Below are positions 13,209-21,600 of a stretch of DNA of 64,000 nucleotides, in pieces. The position numbers and the translations under genes are program-made. Source of the stretch: Schmidtea polychroa (taxonomy: Eukaryota). Under the pieces are notes generated by a model. The model was not told where the DNA came from and searched no databases. It worked only from the letters and a program-made list of their open reading frames with translations. The number at the start of each line of letters is the position of its first letter. Positions within the stretch are counted from its first letter, which is position 1. The stretch spans positions 41,292,001-41,356,000 of the forward strand of contig CM097887.1 in assembly GCA_044892525.1 (NCBI GenBank). The letters are read 5' to 3'.

Positions 13209-13997
13209 ATGTTCTCCATTTCATTAGTATTATTTATAGCAAGCATGCTACCAGCCACTAAATCGGCATTACGGCCGTGCTTCTCGTGCGCGGATAAAAA
13301 TACGGTGATAAAGGACCTACAGACTCAGATTGGACGTTACAAGAGGAAGATAGACGAGCTGGAAGGGACATGGTTTAGTCCCGCTCGGATGAAAGAGATC
13401 CAAAAGAAGCTCGATCGTAGCGAGCATTGCCGGGACGCGCTAATATCTGAGAGCCGTGCCCAAAGAAGTCTAATCAGAGAACAATCCGAGGCACTGCATA
13501 AGGTTTACGTGCAGGCGGCTACAACCCGAAAAATCGTGCAGATTCCCATCCGAGAGGCCGATGACATCTTTCCGCCTCATCACAACCTTTCCTCGAATCC
13601 ATCTCCACCGTTCAAGAGACCGTGCCGAGACTGCGTCGAAACCGAATGGTCCCCCAAGCGTCCAGATGTTGTCATCACGGGTACCAGTAAGCCCCCCACT
13701 GCTAGTCCATCTGTATCAGTCACCCTTCTGCAAGTGGCATCTTCAAGCAAACCCAAGCGCAAACAACTCTCTCGTGCAGAGCGCAAGAAGAGACAGCGCG
13801 AGCGCGCTACTGCAAAGCCAAACATCCCATCAATAGAGGACTCAACTAACGGTGGCAACTCTCACGTGTCCATCGACCTAACAACGGGACCCTCAGCGCG
13901 AATCATATCAGCCGCTGGCGTAAGGTGGGAAGAGAACGCTTCCGAGTTTTTCAACCTCGACGAATTATTCGCCGACACTGAATGGGAGAAACAATAA
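13209..13997 (+). CDS. LTR-encoded ORF, 5' copy (262 aa; likely start 13245, 250 aa): coiled coil, basic NLS-like stretch, acidic-aromatic tail
   Basis: Open frame with coding-like GC content. Contains KPKRKQLSRAERKKRQRER and ends WEENASEFFNLDELFADTEWEKQ. AATAAA at 13993 and 14121. Confidence 0.7.
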   Translation: MFSISLVLFIASMLPATKSALRPCFSCADKNTVIKDLQTQIGRYKRKIDELEGTWFSPARMKEIQKKLDRSEHCRDALISESRAQRSLIREQSEALHKVYVQAATTRKIVQIPIREADDIFPPHHNLSSNPSPPFKRPCRDCVETEWSPKRPDVVITGTSKPPTASPSVSVTLLQVASSSKPKRKQLSRAERKKRQRERATAKPNIPSIEDSTNGGNSHVSIDLTTGPSARIISAAGVRWEENASEFFNLDELFADTEWEKQ

Positions 13998-14538
13998 AAC
14001 CCCAGTGGCGGTCAGGATGAGGAACAAGGATCCGATCTATGTTGATTATGATGTTTTCTCTTCTTTCGACAAACATTAGTAAAGTGTACAGCTGAATCCT
14101 TGTGTCATAACGTTGAAATTAATAAATCTTGTTGTCTTACACGTTTTCGTTCATGAATAATTAGACTTTAATTAAGTGGGTTGAGTAGAGAACCCGCAAG
14201 ATCTAGTGAGAATTTCCCAATTTGCATTCAGCGAATCCTGATAGGTGGTTGTGTAAGGAAATGGACGTAAGCCCTTCTATCGGCAGTCGTGAATGGGAAG
14301 TCGAGGCCTCAGCAAGGAGTAGTTTTAAGGCAGAAGCTCACCTGCTTGCTGGCGTCTCGCCTGCATAGTGCAGTACCAACGTGAAGTGATTCACGGGCAC
14401 TATGTTGGAAGAAAGTTATGTGGGGTTTCACTCCAGGTTGACAAATCGGTGGCACCTTTTATTCGAGATGGACAATCAACCCTTAGACCCGCCAACATGG
14501 TAGAATGGTCAGCCGAGGTGTGACCCCAACATGATTTT

Positions 14539-14556
14539 TGGGGGCTCAGCCGGGAT
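14539..14556 (+). promoter_or_regulatory. Primer binding site, tRNA-Pro type
   Basis: TGGGGGCTCAGCCGGGAT matches the canonical tRNA-Pro PBS TGGGGGCTCGTCCGGGAT at 16/18 positions. It starts 7 nt after the LTR end. Confidence 0.85.
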
Positions 14557-14873
14557 CTACAGTCGATTGAAATTTCTATTAACGAATGCGAAATTCACCG
14601 GGATTTTCATAAAAAATTAAAGGGATTTATCACATCGATTTTCTGTTTTCGACCGACCATTGCTTGACGAATGCAAATTGACTATTGATTATTAAATTAT
14701 ATCAGGAACCAAGTAGAGAAAATCAAAATGTAGATAATAGAAAAATTAAGGATATATATAAATAAAGGAGATAAAGTAGTCAAGTTAAATAATTAACAAT
14801 GGTTAAAGAAACCAATTAACGAATTAACTATTAATTTACTACATATTATTAAAACATTACTTTTCCAACAGCT

Positions 14874-15359
14874 ATGACAGAATTCGCGAACCAAATGCAA
14901 CAACTGCTCAAGTTTATCGATATAGAAAACGACTCCCTAACAACACTGACGCATAAAAGAGAAAAAATCAACGCGATATTACTACAAGCAATCGGACAAA
15001 CACCAGTCGTACCTAATCATATGATATTAGCCACAGGCCTAAGTCGCCCAGATGGAAAAATAAACCCCGAAACCGTATATCAGTGGTATCAAGAGAGATT
15101 GAACCACCCAACATTAAATCTAGATTATCAGCGTCTAAAAGACTCACTAAATACAATACCAGATGCAATCGAACAAAAAATACAGGAAAAAGTTAACCAA
15201 TTACGAACTTGTATAGCCTGCAAACTCCGTCCTATTCGCGTATTATTCTTACCGTGTGGACACCTCAGTCACTGTGAAGAGTGTGTAAAAGACCTAAAAA
15301 GATGCACGATGTGCAAATATGAAATAAAAGAGACCCATATGGTCTATTATGGCGAATGA
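14874..15359 (+). CDS. 161-aa protein with C-terminal IAP/MDM2-type C3HC4 RING finger (putative E3 ligase)
   Basis: CIACKLRPIRVLFLPCGHLSHCEECVKDLKRCTMCKYEI at the extreme C-terminus. Acceptor ttttccaacag|ct precedes the ATG; AATAAA at 15463. Confidence 0.85.
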   Translation: MTEFANQMQQLLKFIDIENDSLTTLTHKREKINAILLQAIGQTPVVPNHMILATGLSRPDGKINPETVYQWYQERLNHPTLNLDYQRLKDSLNTIPDAIEQKIQEKVNQLRTCIACKLRPIRVLFLPCGHLSHCEECVKDLKRCTMCKYEIKETHMVYYGE

Positions 15360-15553
15360 AACGGCCGGCGATGTAACGGCAAGTATACGATGTTTGAACA
15401 AGAATGCATGAAATTGTTGAAGTAACACGTACTGTTAATGATTCAATCTTTATGTTTATGATAAATAAATTCGTCTTTAAAAAGTTTTGATGATTAGGAC
15501 TAATAAAATTTGCATGACGAATGAATATTTGCGTGTTTGTTTTGTTTTATTCC

Positions 15554-15580
15554 TTTTTTTTTTTTTTTTTTTTTTTTTTT
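15554..15580 (+). repeat. Poly(T)27 tract inside the element leader
   Basis: Uninterrupted T run. Confidence 0.9.
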
Positions 15581-15953
15581 GGAATCAAATGAAGAGAGGG
15601 TTGAATAACGTGGAATTAGTCCCAATATAGACTGCAGGGGTACAAACCGAGCCACCTTCGGGCGGTACGTCTTATTGCAAGAACCCGTTGGGAGGGGATA
15701 ACTGATCAACCCAAGTAAGAAGCGTAGGGCGGGGTACCATCGCATATGATGAGAAGTTTTTGCGACATGACTGATCACCATGCCAAGGTAGAAATGGATC
15801 ATCGCGATCGTCGTGCGTTTTGAGCAAGGGGGGAAAGGGGAAACACTCCCAAGCGGTAAAGATTAAGTCGACAAATTAAAAGTAGACAGAGAAAATGGTA
15901 AACTAGAGTAAAAGAAGAAAAGAGAAATAGAAGCATGCAGAGCGAGGAATATA

Positions 15954-16434
15954 GAAGATTGAGCTGTTGAATAGTGCCAGCCAGTCGTAAGATCGAGTTG
16001 TTGAATAATCCAACCGATCAGAAGGAAGAAGATTGAGCTGTTGAATAGTGCCAGCCAGTCGTAAGGTCGAGTTGTGAAAAGTCCAACCGATCAGGAAGGA
16101 GGAAGATTGAGCTGTTGAATAGTGCCAGCCAGTCGTAAGATCGAGTTGTTGAATAGTCCAACCGATCAGAAGGAAGAAGATTGAGCTGTTGAATAGTGCC
16201 AGCCAGTCGTAAGATCGAGTTGTTGAATAGTCCAACCGATCAGAAGGAAGAAGATTGAGCTGTTGAATAGTGCCAGCCAGTCGTAAGGTCGAGTTGTGAA
16301 AAGTCCAACCGATCAGGAAGGAGGAAGATTGAGCTGTTGAATAGTGCCAGCCAGTCGTAAGATCGAGTTGTTGAATAGTCTAACCGATCAGAAGGAAGAA
16401 GATTGAGCTGTTGAATAGTGCCAGCCAGTCGTAA
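15954..16434 (+). repeat. 74-bp tandem array, 6.5 copies, with A-B-A-A-B-A higher-order structure
   Basis: Units start at 15954, 16028, 16102, 16176, 16250, 16324 and 16398. B units carry ggtcgagttgtgaaaagt...caggaaggag. Confidence 0.95.
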
Positions 16435-17740
16435 AGGCCTAGAAAAGCGAGAGATAGCAGTTAAGCTACAATGAGATAATATTTAAATTACTAGTGATAT
16501 GGAATATTAAAGCTAGCTAGAACAAATTGAATGTAATTTTGAAAATTCGAGTTTAGAGAGGAAATAAACGAGCTCGTGGAAAAGAAAATAAGATTATAAT
16601 GAAAAAGGAAAGGGAAGAAGGAAACGAATTAAAGAGATAATAGAAAATAAAGAATAGATGAAATGATGATAATGAGTAAAGAGGAAAGTAACTAACTAAT
16701 TAAAGGGATCCCAGTGAAGTAGAGAAACTCTACGGAATTTTTTTTGGGTAAACCGGGAAAATGTATTTTTACCGGTTCCAGAGTAGAACCGAGTGGGATA
16801 ATAGTAAATACGAAAAGTAAAACAGCGACAACAGCGCAAAGGAATAAGAAAACGAAGGGGGGTAATAAGCAGAGACTGACAACGACCTATTTTTACTATA
16901 ATTGATAACGAATAGATAATTATTACGACTTTATAGATAATTGTTACTACCCCATATAGATAATTTAAAATCGACGGAAAATACGGGCTGATGGGATATT
17001 ATAACCCGCAGAAAGGATTTCACAAAAGATAAAGGGAGCACAAACAGAAACCTAAAAGGTGTCTGTTTTTGAATGTTGTAGAAAGAATGATGAAGTCGTG
17101 TAAGCAAATGCAACACGAGATCATTTTTTCATTTTAGATATCAAGCCAATCCAGCCAACCAAGACAATCCAGAACCTGCACAAAAGGAATTCGAAGAAAA
17201 TCGACAATCAACCAAGGATAAATCCATTCAGAACCCGCACCGAGAGACACAGCAACCGGAAGACTCCAGAACGGAAGAAGTATTAGCAGCCATCTGCCAA
17301 GGATTAGTAAATCTCCTCAGGATCTCAGTAGCAGATTCATACAGAATATTTATCGGAGGAAACACAATCAGAACCGAACGCGTCCAATTCAATAGCCACT
17401 AATTACCAAGAAGCGTAAGAAAGGAATCACGGATAAACCCAATCTTAGATCTTCTAGTAAGCCAGGAGACGTATTATTTTCAGGAGACGAATTACAACAA
17501 CTCAAAAGAGGACGATCCATTAAACATCAAAGAGGAATATCACAAGGATCCAGAAGAACCAATCAAGTACCCATATTTGACCAAGAAAATCTCGGATATA
17601 CCCCTAGTCGATCTCGAAGTAGAGAAAGTCTGTCCGATATCACTAATAGTTTAGCAACGTCAACCGAGGAGTTATCAGCCCAAAGTTTAGTCACATCGTT
17701 AGACAATTTAAAAGAAACAGACGAACCTAGAACACCAATC

Positions 17741-18646
17741 ATGACGAATGTCGTAAAAACCGACGAGTATAAAGAGAAGTTCAGAGGAGAACCTTTCAAC
17801 GGAAACGCAAACAAGCTAGCATCGTTCATAACTAATTTTGAAGTTTATATCACTGTGTGTGGATGGACACCCGAAGCAATTAGTAAAAGGATGCCGTTGT
17901 TTTTGTGCGATAGTGCATTAGAGGTATATTTAGAAGCTAAAGAGAGAGACACGAAATTAGAAAAGTGGGAAGATATTAAAACATTCCTGAAGAAAACCTT
18001 CGGAGCCAGTAAGCCAATCAACCAGGCGTTGGGCGAACTAGCAAATAGGAAACAAAGAGCAAACGAATCGATAACATTATATGCCAGTGAATTGCGGAGA
18101 TTAGCGAAGAAAGCAATGAATGGAAAATTACCCGAAGAAAATCTGATCGGTTATTTCATAGAGGGATTACGCCGAGAAGAAGTAAGAGCCTCAGTAGGTT
18201 GTCAAATGTGCAAAACATTAGAGGAAGCCATAGATTGGGCTACAAGATGCGAGCTCCACCTTCCAGCTCAAATGAATATTATGCAAGAGGAGGGAAGGAT
18301 AGCGACAGCAATAGCGAAAGCGGATAACGGAGATAACAACAATCAAGAACCGAAAATGAATCAATTTATACCAGGAGCGCACCAAATTTTCAAACCACCA
18401 CAAGGACGATCAAACGGGAATAATGGTAATCGTAACAACCCGAATAATGAGAACAATTTCAATAATCGACGAAATATGAACGATAACAAGCAGTGCCGAA
18501 CATGCGGTAAACCAGGACACTGGGACAGAGATTGTTATAGAAATTCAAATTGTAATCGTTGCGGACGGCGTGGACATACCGAAAATGTATGCCAATTGCG
18601 AGGCTGTTTTGACTGTGGTCAGCCAGGTCACATCTCCAGAGATTGC
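17741..18646 (+). other. gag: Gag: capsid-like domain plus three CCHC zinc knuckles
   Basis: KQRANESITLYASELRRL...YFIEGL, then CRTCGKPGHWDRDC, CNRCGRRGHTENVC and CFDCGQPGHISRDC (18494-18646). Confidence 0.93.
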
Positions 18647-21600
18647 CGAGAAAGGGGCCAACAACAACGACCACCACAGCGAAATAATAATTATATAGCG
18701 AATCCGCAACGACAAAGTAACCCTAACGAAGGAAAACAAATGAACGTTATGCAGGAAATTTCGCAGATGAAACAGATGATGCAACAAATGATGAGACCAA
18801 GACAAGAATCAGCACCCCAACAAACCCAGAATATACGTATGATGAGGAGTACCGAAAATCTCAACAATTATGAAGTGCATCAACATGTACAAGAATGGCA
18901 AAGGCTACAGGCCGAGGAAGAGAGGATAAAACAAGAACGCAATCAACAACGACAAGAACAACCATTGCGAATAAATATGATGAAGTTAGTAAAAGACATG
19001 AAGAGCCAGTATTGCTACAATTACGGGAAAAGCCCAAGGGTAGTACCCATGACTGAACCAGAAAAGGTAAAAGAAATAACAACGGAAATGAAAACAGAGA
19101 ATTCAACCACGATTTTAAAAGGAAACCAGAGAATTCAGAAAATATTCTGGAAAAAGATAAAGGATAAAATCGAAAAAGAACATAATAAAGCGAAAACCGA
19201 GACAGAAGATGAAAATAACAAGAGCAAGGAACAAACCAGTCAACTAAACCACCAAATGCTACAAGAATCAGAACCAGAAGAAACAACAATATTCGAAAGA
19301 AAGAAACTAAAGAAAGTACCAAGGATGAGAAACTTGCAAATCAATATGATGAAAAGGACAAAAGATGTAGCATCGTCAGACGAGGAAGAAGACTATGTAA
19401 GTAGTTTGGGTGGAGAAATACTACAGCTGAATGAAATAAGCGAACCTCCAAAAGGGGAAATCAAAGAGGAAGAAGGCGAAAGCGAGATAACCAGCGAAAG
19501 TGAAGACGAGGATATCGAAATAAAGTTGAGAAAAGGGAAGGAGGAAGCGATAAAACAAGTAGCGGAAATACTCCCAGTAGTAGTGAGGAACCAAGAGTTC
19601 ATTGACGTAATACCATTCAGGCGATTCGTGCAAAAAGTGATGAAATTGGAAAGAAACGAGAAAGATTTAATACCAAACGAGGAAAAATCAATTATAAAAA
19701 ATTATATGGAAAAAATGAAGCAGGCCGATACCACGCGGTATGTAATAAAAATCGGAACGAGTAGAGGACTTGAAAGAATGTGGATAAAAAATACAGTCAC
19801 CGACGAACTTTTCGATTGGATACGAGAGCATTTGGGAAGTTCGAGAAAGAAAGAATATCTGTATCAATACCAAGGAGAACAGATCAAACCAGATATGCAC
19901 TTAGTAGATGCACTAATATGGCCAGGGGAAACGCAAATACTGAAGTTGCATAAAGAAAAACAACCAGCCAACCTTTACGATTGGGCTAAAGATGCCAAGG
20001 CCGAATATGATTTTAATATCAAATTGAAATTAGAACAAATAAAACAATGTACTCTGAGACGAAACCTGGATAAGCTGATCAAACAAATTCAAGAACAAGT
20101 AGAAGACAACTGGGATTTACTCATCACCAGACGAGCCCCAGCCATGTACGAACTAATGAGCCGGTTGCGAGATACAGAAATGCTCCGAATGAGTGATTGG
20201 AGAACCATAAATTTGATCCACAAATATGGAAGGTTAAAAGAAACCCAGCCACAGAGGTTGGAAATAACCATATGGTTACCGAACGAAGAAAAACGACGAA
20301 TAAAAATGAGCAATCAGAGTACAGTGGATGACTTGGTATCAAAAATAAACCAAGAGATAACGGAAAAGGTACGTAGCGAAAGTAGTGATGGTATGGTGGA
20401 TGATGTAGTCATGATGTACGATAAGATAATATTACGAGCGGAGGACGACACCTCGTTAAGCGAAATGGGTATGTGGGACAATCATCAGATAATCAGGATA
20501 GTACCAATGGATGAATTCCGAACAAGAGATGTAACATATCAAAAAGAAATACGAGACCGGATGAAAACGTTATATCAAAAATCTACAGAAATAATTGAAA
20601 TCCACCAACAATGGTTAAAAGAAAAAGAGCTACAAGGAAAAATCACGAAATTAAATACCAGATCCTGCAGACGAACCCCATGGGAAAGAGTGTGGAATGC
20701 AGAAAGTAAGGAATGGGAAATCCGGAAAGGAACCTTCGTAGAAACAGACATTGGTGAGACAGAAAGTGAATCGGAGGAAGAAGAAGAGGAACCTCCAGAA
20801 TATGAAGAGGAAGCAAGGGAACAGACATCAGATGACGAAAGCGAGACGGATGTCACATCAGAAAGCGAAAATGAAGCAAGACATATTCATGCAATGAGGA
20901 AAAAGGAACGTGAATATGCTGATATGGACGGCGAGGAAGCGGCGGAAGCAAGAGAACGAGAAGAGAAAGAAAGATATAAACAATTAGGCGATATCTTAGC
21001 AATGGGAGCGAAAAATCAAAGACGCCAAGTAGTAGCGTTGGCTAACATCATCTTAAAGACATCAGAGAATATCCACAATCTGAGAGGAATGGCAAAGGCA
21101 ATAGAGGAATACCGGCAATATAATGAATGGTATCCAGAACAGCTAGAACAAATTATTCGAAAATGGAGAAATCAGGAATGGGCACAAGACACCCAGGAGA
21201 GGTATCACATCCGAATCAAGTATCCAGACAAGAGCATCGAGGAACTAGAGGTGCATCCAACAACAAAAATTAGAGAATTAAAAAAGAAATTAGCATATGA
21301 AACTCCATTCCATCTGCAACTGTTCGGAAAATCACTAGACGATAATGCAGACGTCGGGATAACACCCATGAGATTGGAAGAGACAAATGTATTAACAATG
21401 GCAGAAACGTTGGGAAAACCGTTAAAAAGGAAAAGTAAAATTATTAAACCAACACAAGGCAGTTTGAGCACTCCAAGTCCGAACAAAGCACCAAGTAAAT
21501 CTAATGAAACTGAAGAAGTTGAAGAGATAATCCTGGAAGATAGTGACGATGAACCAGGAGAAAGATCACCGCTATTAGTGAGATGGCCGACAGGAGCCGA

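Larger units (their letters stand above)
10685..14531 (+). repeat. 5' LTR (3,847 bp)
   Basis: TGTTGGGCTGAG...GACCCCAACA. All ORF-track entries recur identically at +25,954. Confidence 0.97.

Noticed and set aside
13209-13244. Signal peptide on the LTR ORF (MFSISLVLFIAS)
   Set aside because: It coincides with a pyrimidine-rich acceptor region, and the rest of the protein looks nuclear. Met 13245 is the more likely start.
15500-15802. 100-aa minus ORF with a poly-Lys run
   Set aside because: The Lys run is just the T27 tract; there is no coding signature.
15954-16434. CRISPR-like appearance of the 74-bp array
   Set aside because: There are no unique spacers, the whole unit is repeated, the context is eukaryotic and there are no cas genes.
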